DNA from: Eledone cirrhosa
Taxonomy: Eukaryota
Direction: 5' to 3'
Length of the DNA: 64,000 nt
NCBI GenBank assembly: GCA_964016885.1
Contig: OZ024745.1
Coordinates: 104,160,001 to 104,224,000 of the forward strand
Numbering within the stretch: position 1 is the first letter of the stretch; every line of letters starts with the position of its first letter. Shown here one piece after another: positions 51,258 through 64,000 of this stretch. A model generated the notes under the pieces. The model did no database searches, had not been told where the DNA came from, and saw only the letters and a list, made by a program, of their open reading frames with translations. Both the position numbers and the translations under genes were made by a program.

Positions 51258-51322
<65 letters not shown>

Positions 51323-51327
<5 letters not shown>

Positions 51328-51544
51328 GTTAAAATACTGGAGCGTGTTGGAGTTAAACACCCTCTTCGTATTATAGAAATGACAGTAAAAGGTATAGCCC
51401 AATGTAATTAAACAGAGCCGAAGAATTATGAAAGTAAAACAAATAAGCCTTCAATACATCAAAAGTCTTTATTAGCCAACAATGTTTCTTCCTATTAAGG
51501 ACTCATCAGGGCAATTAAAACAACAAGAAGTATTATCGGCCAAT

Positions 51545-51548
<4 letters not shown>
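51323..51548 (-). mobile_element. Solo PLE terminal module with hammerhead (51475-51512), between (TA)n tracts
   Basis: Reverse-complement homolog of about 2425-2650. Confidence 0.85.
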
Positions 51549-51584
<36 letters not shown>

Positions 51585-51588
<4 letters not shown>

Positions 51589-52543
51589 TATTGAAGTTTC
51601 CGTTGAAAATTGAAATAGTCATAGAAGTGAAGAGTGCTCTATGTAAGTTACAGAGCTAAATTTAATGTATAATAAACAATACAATATAATTACATCATTA
51701 CCAGAGGTTTCCCGAATAAGACGAATACAAGAAACGTCCTCATTCGTTCGTTAGACAAGGCAACTTAAAACATAGTGAAATATTTGAAAAATCTCCTCAA
51801 GAAAGGCAAAAGTTTAACGGGCAAAAAAAAAAATATATATAAAAGTAATGCAAAAGTAATGCAAAAATAAAATAATGAAATATAGTAAGGGTATGTGTAT
51901 ATGCACCTACAAATGTACATATGTGTGTATGTACAAATGCATGTGTATAGTGAAAAGATGTGTGCGTAAGTACATACATGAGGGCAAGCCTATCAGTGTA
52001 TGTGTGACCACAAATACGTATATAATATATGTTGAAAAAAGAAATTGTAAGATAATAGAGTTAGCGTACATACAGACTCAGGGACTAAGGATTAAAATAT
52101 ATACACATACAAGTATGAAAGCACGCGTATAAACACACACACGCGCAACCACATACATGCATGTGATATATACAGGGAAGGGAGTGCATCAGTCAAAGCA
52201 GTGTCAGGCTGAAGGTCGATAGATATATAAAAATATAAAATATGAAAATGAAAAAATGAAAAAATATATGAGAATAAAAAAATTAAATCGAAGAGAAAGT
52301 ATGAGGGAGGGGTTATCAATTATAAAGTAACACTAGAAAAAATAGAAAACATACAGAGGTTCGTACACACACATATATATAAATATATATATAAATACGT
52401 ACAGACAAAAGCACATACATGCGTACATACATACAAAAGCGCGCATACATACACACGAAGCACATGTATATACATACATGTACATCTAATCACACGCACG
52501 CACGCGACCATATATATATACATATATATATACATACACACAC

Positions 52544-52618
<75 letters not shown>

Positions 52619-55085
52619 TATATATAAGTATGTAAAAGCATAGATATAAAACACACATACACACACACATACACGCGCACATACGAATGCATTCGTATAC
52701 ATATACAATCACGTATACACACATATGCACACTTACACGAATACATACAATATAAAAACCAGCCGTATGAATAAATGAGTACAAATTATACGCAAGTAAA
52801 CATACATAAAAGCGGCTGAGGGACAACAGAATATATCTGGAGTTGAAAACGCAAGTGACATGTGCTATCAGGTAGTGAAAGAAAAGGGGGAAGTAAAATA
52901 TCTAAAATTGTGAAGATATAAAGTAAGTGAATCAAAAAGAAGGGGGGGGGGGCACTGGTCGATGTGAAGTAAAAATAAAGTTAAAAATAAAAATAAAAGT
53001 AAATCAGAAAGCGAAGTCTGTAAAGAAGGTAAGTTAAGGAAAGTGAAGAACAAGAGTTTATGGAGGATGAGTATCTGAAAGTGAGTTAAGTTTATATGAG
53101 CTGGAAAGCAAGTGTGATTTCATGTGTGGGCAACTGGTGAAAATTTCTGTTTTTGCATTTAGGCAGGTTTTTGGTGATTTAAGGCTCTGTAAAATCCAAT
53201 ATTTTTCACTTATGCAGAGTGCGCATCTTCTTGTTCCTCTTGCATATTCTTTAGATTGGTTCAACATTGACCAATCTAATTTATATTGGACACCTTGGTC
53301 TTTCAAATCCCATATTCTGCTAGCCAGAGCTGTTGTAATCCTTTTTCAGGATGTCGGAAAGATGCGACATGTGAGTAATAACGCGTTTTGAATTTGTCTT
53401 GTGTCATACCCACATATCGTTCGCTGGTGGCTGGTATGTTGTTGCTGGTGGTTGTCACTTTAGCCGCATATACAATGGCTTTGGTGTTGCATTTACCTTG
53501 TAATGAGCATTCACTTTTGACTCTACAGGAGCAATTTTGATGTTCTCTGGGTATTTTCTTATTGAGGATATAAGATTTAATAGGGGGACCGCAGGAGTAG
53601 CTGATTTTGACATAGTTTCTAATGAAGATCTTATAGTATCTATGTTTTCTAGGGAAATGTTTATCTAAGAGCTCTAGGAATTTGTTGCCTACATTAGTTT
53701 TAACTGCTAAAGAGTAGGGGGGTATGAACCAGATTATTTTTCTTTTCCTATTATTATGTTTAAAGGAGTTAGTATTGTTGGGTATGTACTTAATCGGTTC
53801 GCTAAATCCGCTATTTTGAAGGGCTTTATTATAGTAGGGGGATGTCTTATTAAAAATAGCTTCTGAGGAAGAGAGGGTGGAGATCCTACGGCTAATATTA
53901 GGGATAAGATTTTTAAAAACTATAGGAGGATGGCAAGAACCTTTATTTATATATTTTCAATTTTCATTAGGTTTATGGTACGGTTTATAAGAAGCAGTAG
54001 GCAGATCTAGGTTTATATCTAGAAAATTAACATTAGAAAGGTTAGTGTCAATGGTAATTTTAAGATTAAAACTAGCGAAGGTTTTTATTAAGTCTTTCCT
54101 GAATCTATTTAAGTTATGGCCTATAGTGGTATGGGAAAGTATTAGACCATCGTCACGATAAAGCCCAAAGGTATGGTTAGGGAATTTCTCTTTAAGTGTG
54201 TGTAGGAGGAATAGGATGACTAAATCACACACGTCAGCACTGTCAAAAGAACCCACTGAGACATCGAATGGGTTCTCTGGGTTAGATTTTTTTTACCCAA
54301 GTGTCATTATTACTAAATAGTAAAGTGTTTCTAGCATGCAAAATGATATTCTCTTCAATATCAGAAATATTGATAAACTTTCTAGCGAAATGTAATGCCT
54401 TCATTAAAAGAGGGTGAGTAATAGACGGGTAGAAGTCTACAATGTCAAATTGGGTGAATCTAGAACTATTTTTATCTTTAATATTATTAAACCAATGTAT
54501 TACGGAAGAGCTATTTATCCATTGGAGTAATTCAGACTTACTTCTAATATGTTTGTTTATATTATTTAATATTTTTTTGCTAGCAAGACCGATTTCAGTC
54601 TTAGCAGGGTTGATTAATCTACAATTAGGACGATTAATAAAATCAGGTTTGTGATCTTTGAGGGTGATATAGGCATTACGTTTAGCAAGTTTTTCTGTTC
54701 TATTGTCTATTTTAAAAACAACTAGTTAATTCTTTAGCTTCCTTATTAATAGTATTATAGGTGTTTATATTAGGTATTTGGTATTTAGAGGTGAGGTTAT
54801 CTGTTAAGAGTTGGTCATGTAAGTTATTATTAACTTCGTATAAGTTTTTAGTTTTTTCAGAGAAAATGAACTTATTTTTAGAAGATTTGAATATTGAAAT
54901 ATCGTTAGATAGTTTAGATTGAAAAGGGTTAGAGTACTTACGGAATTTGATTTGGTTGATTAAATTAACTAAGTCTAGTTCAAAAGCGTTCATATGTTTT
55001 ACTCTTTGCGGGTATTTATGAGAGTTGATATGACACTCTTTACTCCTATGACTTTTTCAATTTTCAACGGAAACTTCAATACTTA
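51585..55085 (-). mobile_element. Penelope-like element (RT + GIY-YIG), degraded, ~50-bp inverted termini, degenerate hammerhead at 51695-51758
   Basis: MGSFDSADVCDL, GLYRDDGL, VNFLD and C.LCISEK..I...LN.KTEI...CPH. Termini taagtattgaagtttccgttgaaaattgaaa / tttcaattttcaacggaaacttcaatactta. Confidence 0.9.
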
Positions 55086-55089
55086 TATA

Positions 55090-55920
55090 TATATATATAT
55101 ATATATTAAAGGTTAATTAGTCACTAATACCCAAACATCTCAATGAAAGAAATCTCTCAGAGAAGCAATATTATATATTAAAATTAATTAAGAAAAACTC
55201 TAATTACGGGAGTATAAACAAGATAGACGTAAACACTTATATATAAATCTCATTTAACTTTTAATATATATATATACTACCAAGACATGCACGCTCACCC
55301 AAACGGGGTGTAAAAGTTTTGCTTTCGTTCATTGCATGACTCGCCGTACAAATTGAATAATGTATATTGTTGTACAATGATAGGAATCAATGCTTATTTT
55401 TAATGTTGTCAACGCACCACCCACGACTAATGAACCATCTATTTTAAGGTTTTCATGTTTGATTCAGGATCTATACAGCCATTATAAACTGTATTAATAA
55501 AACAATATGGTTTAATAACAAATATACATTCGATGTTTCATAATAACATAGATTATTAGATTAGTTTCATATTTGAGAGTTTACAGGTGATATATAAAGT
55601 GAGGGTGATTGGGAGAGATAGGTATAAAATAGATAGTAAGAGGGAGTTGGGTGGTAGTAGATATAGAGAGGGGGATTATGAGAGAGTTTTCTGTGATAGA
55701 TATATAGAGAGGGAGAGATTGGTGTTAATGGATATCGAGAGAGTGATAATGAGAGTGTGCCAAGTGGTAAATATAGAGAGGGGTAGAGTTTAGGGTAATG
55801 GATATAGAGAGTGGGATGGTGAGAATGTTTTGTATGAGAGATTATACATAGAGAGTATTGTATGGTAGATATAAAATGGGATTTTGAGGGAGAGTTTTGT
55901 GTAATAGACATTGAAAGGAG
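55090..55920. repeat. Composite inverted segmental duplication
   Basis: 55090-55574 is the reverse complement of about 46610-47085; 55575-55920 is the reverse complement of about 44803-45148. Confidence 0.9.
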
Positions 55921-57869
55921 GCTCTCCGCCAATGAGGATATCTTGAACCAAGCGGCGGATCACTACAATAAGGCCTTGCTAAGCGCCGGTTTTAACAGAA
56001 GAATCTCCTACATCCCTAATGCTAGCTCCAGAAAACCACCCCTCTCATAAGACTAACGTTATAGTAAGCTATACCTATAACCGAACACGCGGCGGCTTTG
56101 AAAGAGTCGGAAATAATAGTATAGAGAATCGCACTAAAGAACACGGCCGCAATGTCAATTACACAAGCGATAGTATTGGTAGCTTACCACACAATAAGGA
56201 TCACGACCCTGGTGACAGTGACCACTGTAGCCTGCTAGAATTATTCCCCTACTATAGGATCAACAAAGGCGATGGCCTACTACCAACACCTTCCAACCAG
56301 CTTCTTCATAGCAGAAGGAAGCTGAGTGCACCCGAACATAAAGCGAAAGAGACACGTAACGGGCTGCAGCACAATAACATGCATAAGAACGGTCACCCCG
56401 ATAGCACAACCCTTAGAAAACGTACAAAGACACGTAATCGCCACCGTAACCTCCTATGGTTCCATCCTCCCTACTCTCGGAGTATGGCCTCCGACATACC
56501 CCGGATATTCTTCGAAGCCTTAGAGAAGAACTTTTCACCCAACCATAAGTATAGGAAAATCCTTAATAGGAACAATATAAAAATATCCTTCTCTACTACT
56601 TCTAACCTAGCAGACATCATAGGAACAACTATTCACAGTAAGATCACCAAAACACAGCACCTTAGCACCGATACACCTACACGTGACAACAACTATATCG
56701 GCCTTAACGACTCCCTAGCAGCACCCAATAGTGCTGGCAACAGCCACTACAGACGCAACCAACATAACCGCGACATGACTGGGGAATATGCAGGTGACCC
56801 GTACGGGTCACTCGACGACAACAGAAGGCGCTGCGGCGTGCGGAATGATAATGGTACTACTCCGCACACAGTAGGATATAATGGTACTAACGACAGGTAT
56901 AGAGGCGTAGCTAACAGCATAGATAGCAATAATAATAGCCTTACCTTGGGAACTAGAAGAGACTGCGACCGAAATTGCAACTGCCGTGACAGGGGACGCT
57001 GCCCCTTAGGGGAAACTGCCTGACTGATAGGGTTATTTATAGGTGCACCGTAACTAGCCACAATAGCGTTAAACATTATATAGGGGCTACCTCTGGCCCG
57101 TTCAAAAATAGATTTCGAACGCATCTCCACTCTTTCGCAAGCAAGAAACTAAGACACTCCACTTCGCTCGCGAATTACATCACAGCATTAAAAGACTGAA
57201 ACATCAGCTTTTCCACGCACTGGCAAATTGTCGGCAGAGCAGCACCGTACAATTTCAAGAGGAAGTGCGAGCTTTGCCTCATGGAGCTTTACCATATCAT
57301 AACGGCACCCCACGAGCTAATCAACAGCAGAGCAGAAACGACGATAAGCTATACGCACCGCTTAAATGTCTCTTACTCCAGATGGAATAAGAATGAGGAG
57401 TGAAAACCGTATACCGTGTCACCCTGCACCAAACCGTAACACCCCAGCGGGAAGGCGCTGAAAAAAACATCCAGAAACTAACCATGCATCCTAGACCCGG
57501 CATGAATCGACCCCGGCGGGCAGGCGCAGCAAACAAACATATGGAAACTAACTTTGCACTCCTGACCCTGCGCGAATCGACACTGGTAAAGCAGTAACCA
57601 CGAAGTAATAACGGGTAAAAGTTACCTGGGGAACACTGCTCTAACACTGGCTAGAGTTATCCCCCTTGACATACTGCAAAATCAATACATGGTTTGTTCG
57701 AAGAATGAACTGGGATGTGAACTTATTTCTAAAAACCCATTCTGGGTCATGTAAGGAAAGCTTTTTGGTTTTTATGCCCTTGAGAAGCCCATTCGGGCGA
57801 AACGTACGTAGGTGCGGTTTTAAATAAACATGTTTTAACGGTTTGTTCTATTTTATATACTTCTCCACG

Positions 57870-57870
<1 letters not shown>
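55921..57870 (+). mobile_element. Penelope-like element 3' half (linker + GIY-YIG + 3' region), frameshifted
   Basis: YNKAL..AGF, RNLLWFHPPYS, KYRKILNRNNIKISFS, CNCR....CPLGGNCL...VIY, YIG and CELCLME. Confidence 0.9.
57776..57815 (+). ncRNA. Minimal hammerhead ribozyme, U3:A8 core variant
   Basis: CC-TTGAGAA-GCCC(ATTC)GGGC-GAAAC(GTAC)GTA-GG, then AATAAA. Confidence 0.75.
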
Positions 57871-57902
<32 letters not shown>

Positions 57903-57952
57903 GTGGAGAAGTATATAAAGGAGAACAAACCGTTAAAACATATTTATTTAAA
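57819..57952. repeat. Inverted duplication of a PLE terminus around (TA)n
   Basis: ~52-bp arms with few mismatches. Confidence 0.9.
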
Positions 57953-58454
57953 CATGCTGTTTTCTTTGGGATTGTGTGTGGGTGTGTGTGTGTGCGCGTG
58001 TGTGTGTATATATATGTGTGTGAGTGCACGCATGGACGTGTGAACTACCAAACCCAGTAGTAACTCATCGAAGTGTGGCAGAATGGTCAGTCGAATTGGC
58101 ACCTGTTGGTCAGATTTACAATGACGTAGAAAAGCAGCAGCCAATAATGGGACGCGCGTAGAGGATGTTTTTGACGCCAACACCCCAGTGAAAGTTTTGA
58201 CGCTAACACCCCTGTGAAAGAATTTGCTCTGAAAGCATTAGACGTGTCCGACGAGCCCTCAGGTCCAGAGTCAGACAAGATCGACACAATGATCGTGTCT
58301 CGAGCTGTCCACCGGCGAAACAATTGTAACACACAATAAATTGATTTCAGATGCATCACTGATTTTTCGTTTTATATTATACCATACTCTGTTCTGTAAG
58401 AGCATAGAGTGCTCAACCGGCATACCGCCTATGGAAGCATCTTAGCTACCATTG

Positions 58455-58538
<84 letters not shown>

Positions 58539-58775
58539 CAAAGGAATTGTGGTAAGGAACCAGATGGACCATAACGCACCAGAGTACTCAATACTTAGGG
58601 TAGTAGAGTGGGCAATAAGAAAAAGTACTCTTTCCTCTCTCTATATATATATTTAAACCACAAACCCTCCATCTTAACTCTACTTTTGAAAAGCACAAGA
58701 ACTGCGAAACCGGTAAAGGAACCAAATAAATATTCTTAAAAAGACTCCATTTGCATTTTCGATTTTATCTTTTTT

Positions 58776-58867
<92 letters not shown>

Positions 58868-59352
58868 ATATATATATATATACACATATATATATATAAT
58901 ATATATATATATACTTTGCGGGAAAACATTCAGGAACACACACACAAACACTTACACTATTTTCGCACACACGCAAACATACACCCACACCACACAAACA
59001 CACACACACGTGCTTATCCTCACGTACACACACTCGGCCTCCGGACTCCGCACGACCCCTCTCCCCCCACCTGTCACCTCTCCATCCACACGCACGCACA
59101 CAGTGACTTACACCCCACCCCATGTACACACTGGTTTCCCTATTACACGAACATGGAACCTCGTTCTTCCCCAAACTCTCACACTCACATTCACACATAC
59201 ACACACACAACACACGTACACCTACACACACACACACACCACCTTCCGCCCTCCCCGCTCAGAATCCCTGTCTTCCTCTCTACTCTCCTAATCTAATACT
59301 AATACTTTGTACTGCACTGTTCACTTTGTTTTTGTTCTCTGTTTTAACTACA

Positions 59353-59510
<158 letters not shown>

Positions 59511-59839
59511 TTGCTGAAGAATCGGGGTTATTCCATTTCTGTCAACAACTTACTGGCGAAACAGATCTCTTTGGATTTGTACGTGTGTTATATAGTTATA
59601 GAGGTATTTATTTACGCTTTAATTTATATTTTTAATTATCGTGTCTATAGTCTGCCTTTCATAGGTTATAGATTCCATACACTGGTGGTTTTTCCCTGTT
59701 TTATTGATAGCGCACTATATCTCTCTCTAGTGTGTTACCTTTTCAACATATTGTATTTTAAAGAGCTCAGGATTTCCTCTCCTTTGAGCACATTATTTAC
59801 AGGGAATGGCGAGAGTCTATGGCTCCGTTAATTTATCGT

Positions 59840-59923
<84 letters not shown>

Positions 59924-60014
59924 GTATTTCCGTCGGAAAGGTACAGGAAAAAAGAGTGCTCTATGTAGGCTACAGATATTATTAGTTATGTAATAAACAA
60001 CATAAAATAATTAT

Positions 60015-60075
60015 TTCATTTACCAGTGGTTTCTTGAAGGCTGATGTTGTGTCTGTCTTCAGTCGTCAGAATGAA
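60015..60075 (-). ncRNA. Hammerhead ribozyme motif (relative of 51695-51758)
   Basis: Minus strand TTCATT-CTGACGA-CTGAAGAC.../GCCTTCAA-GAAACC(ACT)GGTA-AATGAA; the terminus at about 59920 abuts (TA)n. Confidence 0.75.
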
Positions 60076-60563
60076 TAAATAACATGGTGTATTTATTAAA
60101 TAAAATTTATTAAATAAAATTTAGGAAATATGAAAGTGGGGCTGAAAAAAACCGGCAGAAAGGAAATAGGGCAAAAAAATATAAAAAATATATATATATA
60201 AAAGTATAAATAAATATCCAGAACATAAACATACACACACTCAACTACACGCATATACCTAATGGTAGGTAGACGTAAACTTTCTCACATAAGCGTATTT
60301 GCGTCTACATAGAAATACGGACAGGAACATAAATACACACACATACATATACACAGGTATATATGCACACACAAATTCGGGAAGTAGTTAAGAAGCAGGA
60401 AAAACAAAATAAATAAATAAGAACAAAAAATACATTATATATATATATAGATATATGAGAGAGTAAAAATCAAAAACAAAATAAAGTCAAAAAGTTGACA
60501 ACGAAAGTAGTGGGGGAAGGGGGAAAAAATCAACTTAAAAAGAAACAAATACACACGATATGC

Positions 60564-60621
<58 letters not shown>

Positions 60622-61087
60622 GCATACATACCCATACACACATACAAACAAACAAACATATATGTGTATATATATATATATAATAATAAATATACGTACA
60701 CATACATATATATCTGCAAACATATATACATATATATATATATACATATATACACACATATACACACATATATATATATACACATACATACATATACACA
60801 CACATCCACATACATACACATACAAAAAACCTACAAAAAATAGATAGATGAATCTCAAAGGTACATAACCCACGTACATACGTACACATAGGCGTGCGCA
60901 CACACGCACGCAATAATAAATCAACACATGCATACAAAAAAAACACATATACGTAAATCCATACACACATATGTACACATATGTACAAAAACATGGCGTT
61001 CCTTACTATTAGCGGTGTCAAGAATGAAAGTAAATTTATTTTTATTTTCGATAGTTTATTTACATTTTGTGTGTGTGTGTTTAAACG

Positions 61088-62371
61088 AAACAGTAGAAAC
61101 GATGACATATAACATGGAGGAGTACAATATAAAGGAATATAATAAATTATAAAAACATATAAAAATATGGGAACATAAGGACAAATAACGGAAGGAACAT
61201 ACATGGTAGGAAACTCATAAGGAGTACACCGTAATGGATGAGAAATAAACAATAAAGGAATAAGAATATAAAAATTATAAAATGCATGGTAAAAAAACGA
61301 GTCCACGTAATAGTCCACTCATCTAGTGTGGACATCGCATCTGCTTATAAAGGTCTCATTCGAACACTCTATTGTTGGACTGCTGCTAATTGCAACACCT
61401 AAAATTTTCTTGTATTCCTGATATATTCCTTATATCACCATGAATCAATATTAGTGTCACCTTATAATTTCTAAATTTTCTTGAAACATTATGAGTACTT
61501 TATATTAGTATTTAACAAAAATTTTTATTTTATTTTTATTTTTATTTTTATTTTTATTTTTATTTTTATTTTTATTTTTATTTTTATTTTTATTTTTATT
61601 TTTATTTTTATTTTTATTTTTATTTTTATTTTTATTTTTATTTTTATTTTTATTTTTATTTTTATTTTTATTCTATTTTATTAACTCAATTTACTGACAT
61701 TATTTCCAGTATTATGAGTTCAAATCCCGCCGAGGTTAACTTTGCCTTTCATCCTTACGGGGTCGATAAAATAAAGTACCAATAATGTACTGGGTAATTG
61801 CTGGCCTTGTTCCAAAAGTAGAAACAATTATTTCCAGTATTAGGAAACTAGCACCTATACTACTATTATCATTACATGCCTTCATTATCATCCATATTAT
61901 CCTTATTACCTTATTTACCCCCAGTTATTTTTATAAATGTGTATATATATATATCCTTATATATATGTTTCTTTTATATATTTTATATATTTTACATATA
62001 TCACTTGTTGCATTTAGCTTGATAACTTATACCTTTGCCAGTCTCATCTTTATTCACACCTTCCTTTATGGTGTATATTTTACTTTATTTTTTATCTATT
62101 TTTTATCTATTTTTTTATCTATTTTTTATCTATTTTTATCTCTTAACTTTTTAAAAAAAAATTTTTTTTACCATGCATTTTATAATTTTTATATTCTTAT
62201 TCCTTTATTGTTTATTTCTCATCCATTACGGTGTACTCCTTATGAGTTTCCTACCATGTATGTTCCTTCCGTTATTTGTCCTTATGTTCCCATATTTTTA
62301 TATGTTTTTATAATTTATTATATTCCTTTATATTGTACTCCTCCATGTTATATGTCATCGTTTCTACTGTT
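61088..62371. repeat. ~210-bp near-perfect inverted repeat with ~860-bp spacer
   Basis: 61088-61297 is the reverse complement of about 62162-62371; the spacer holds (TTTTTA)n and a truncated SINE (61716-61830). Confidence 0.9.
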
Positions 62372-62954
62372 ATTGCTATATTTTGTCACAGTATGGAGTA
62401 TGTGCCCATCCGTTTTTGATATGTTATTTGTATTAGTGTATACTTTCTGTATTGCATATGGGTGCTTGCGTGTAGGTGCATGCGGGTGCTCATGCTTATA
62501 CGTATACTTTTATGTGAGTGTATGCATACGTAGCTGTGTGTTAACCAATCACATCATTGCTTCCATGATTGCCGGTCATAATATAACCCTACCCAACTGT
62601 GAGTGATAACACTTTAGATCCGTATCCTTATTAGTATTAGTATATTCCTCATATTCACTATCGTTTGCTTGATTTTATTTTTTATTTTTTATTTTTTATT
62701 TTTTATTTTTTATTTTTTATTTTTTATTTTTTATTTTTTATTTTTTATTTTTTATTTTTTATTTTTTATTTTTTATTTTTTATTTTTTATTTTTTATTTT
62801 TTATTTTTTATTTTTTATTTTTTATTTTTTATCCTTTATTCCTTATCTCTTACATGAAAAATACTTTAAATTCCTCCCACCTTATGATATCCCCACATTA
62901 TATTCTTCTGTTTTGGATTTGTTAATGCTTCTATACTCTGTATCTACTCTTTAA

Positions 62955-62998
62955 GCTCTGAAGAGTCCCACTTTTAGTGTGGACGAAACATTGTCAGC
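62955..62998 (+). ncRNA. Minimal hammerhead ribozyme (PLE terminus)
   Basis: GCT-CTGAAGA-GTCC.CAC(TTTTA)GTG.GGAC-GAAAC(ATT)GTC-AGC; ATTAAA follows and (TA)n starts near 63130. Confidence 0.85.
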
Positions 62999-63569
62999 AA
63001 TTAAAGATATACCTATGTTCTAAGCGCTCTTTGTTGTTAATTGTATTACGGCTCTGTCTTCAGACATTGAGCTAACCATATACTGCCTATCTGATAAGTT
63101 GAGTGTTATACACTCTCAATTTTCTCTTTTATATATTATACATACATATATATATATACATATATATATATAAGTACACACATATATATACACACATACA
63201 CGCACACACACATACACACACACATACATATAAATAATAAAAACACGTATATATGTATGTATACATGCGCTCACATACGACCTTATGTGAGTACACTAAA
63301 GACCTAGTGGGTAAGTAAGGAGTAAAACTGAAAATAAAATAATAAAAACAATTATTAAGGACAGGTAAGGGAGAAAAGGGATGTAAAAGTTATAGTAGAG
63401 AGTGAGTGTTTGTGATGAGATCTGGATAAGGGTATATAGTTAAAAAGTGATCTGGGTAAAGGATGAAGGTGGTGGGTGTGTATGTGTTAAAGGTATAGTA
63501 GAAAGTAGGGGGGGGGGAATTATAAGTCAAATGAAAAAAATAAAATGTAAAAGAATAAAAATAATGATA

Positions 63570-64000
63570 AAAAATAAAGATAACTGGATTGAAAGCCTAG
63601 CTAAACGTAAAGTATATATTACCCTTAAAGACCATAAATTAGACTTTACTAATCGACCTAGTTGTAGATTAAATCTGAAATTGGCCTTGCGAGTAAAAAA
63701 ATTTTTAAATAATACTTCAAATAAGAACTATCACTGACTTATCTCAATGGTTAAATACATCCTCTGTTATTTCTTGGTTTAATAATATACAAGGAAAAAA
63801 TAATTAGATTTACCCAATTTGATATTGTTGATATTTACCCCTCTATCACTGAATCCTTATTAACAAAAGCCTTAGATTTTGCTAGACTTTTCATTAATAT
63901 TTCTAAATTAGAAGAAGACGTTATCTTTCATGCTAGGAAAACACTACTCTTTGCTAATGAAGGTACTTGCGTTAAAAAATCAAGCCCTGAAAACTCTTTT
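63570..64000 (+). mobile_element. Penelope-like RT fragment running off the window
   Basis: YITLKDHK.DF.NRPSCRL, FTQFDIVD.YPSIT..LL.KAL.FA and HARKTLLF; same clade as 51585-55085. Confidence 0.88.

Larger units (their letters stand above)
47134..51265 (+). mobile_element. Penelope-like element (RT + GIY-YIG) with ~1.2-kb inverted terminal arms
   Basis: TDKSG, LYGLRKDHK..PPTRPVC, SMDV..LYPSI, GAAIG, YSRYVDD, LPVLD, VVY...VYIGETARS and LNRKYEW. 47186-48410 is the reverse complement of 50062-51265; both ends lie in (TA)n. Confidence 0.95.

Noticed and set aside
58040-58370. GC-richer segment with short ORFs and a ~25-bp duplication
   Set aside because: No recognisable motif or splice structure; probably an unidentified transposon fragment.
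59514-59575. Hammerhead-like CTGAAGA...GGCGAAAC
   Set aside because: Stem II is badly mismatched, the cleavage triplet is altered and stem I is absent; at best a relic.

Overview
AT-rich, microsatellite-dense animal genomic DNA; the SINE family and repeat landscape suggest an octopod cephalopod (inference, not verified). There are two host genes, both on the minus strand. One is an intact GT11 alpha-1,2-fucosyltransferase-like ORF (10353-11402). The other is a multi-exon gene for a signal-peptide/mucin-stalk/single-TM protein (about 42077 to 28455) with three tandemly duplicated Ser/Thr exons and apparently disrupted 5' exons. The rest is nested mobile DNA: Penelope-like elements (PLEs), R4/Dong-like RLE retrotransposons, RTE fragments and RTE-derived short elements, an L1/Tx1 element, Helitrons, tRNA-derived SINEs and MITEs. 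Most other ORFs in the supplied track are microsatellite translations. Four patterns stand out. (1) About 15 type-I hammerhead ribozyme motifs of several sequence families, including U3:A8 core variants and long-stem-II forms, usually lie a short distance upstream of a (TA)n tract. (2) PLE termini are repeatedly folded back, including a 150-bp palindrome that looks like a 4.1-kb inverted-repeat PLE with its interior excised. (3) R4-like elements sit repeatedly in the (ATGT)n tails of RTE-derived short elements. (4) A 32-bp hairpin shows strand-asymmetric G-U pairing. All calls were read by eye; no database searches or folding software were run.
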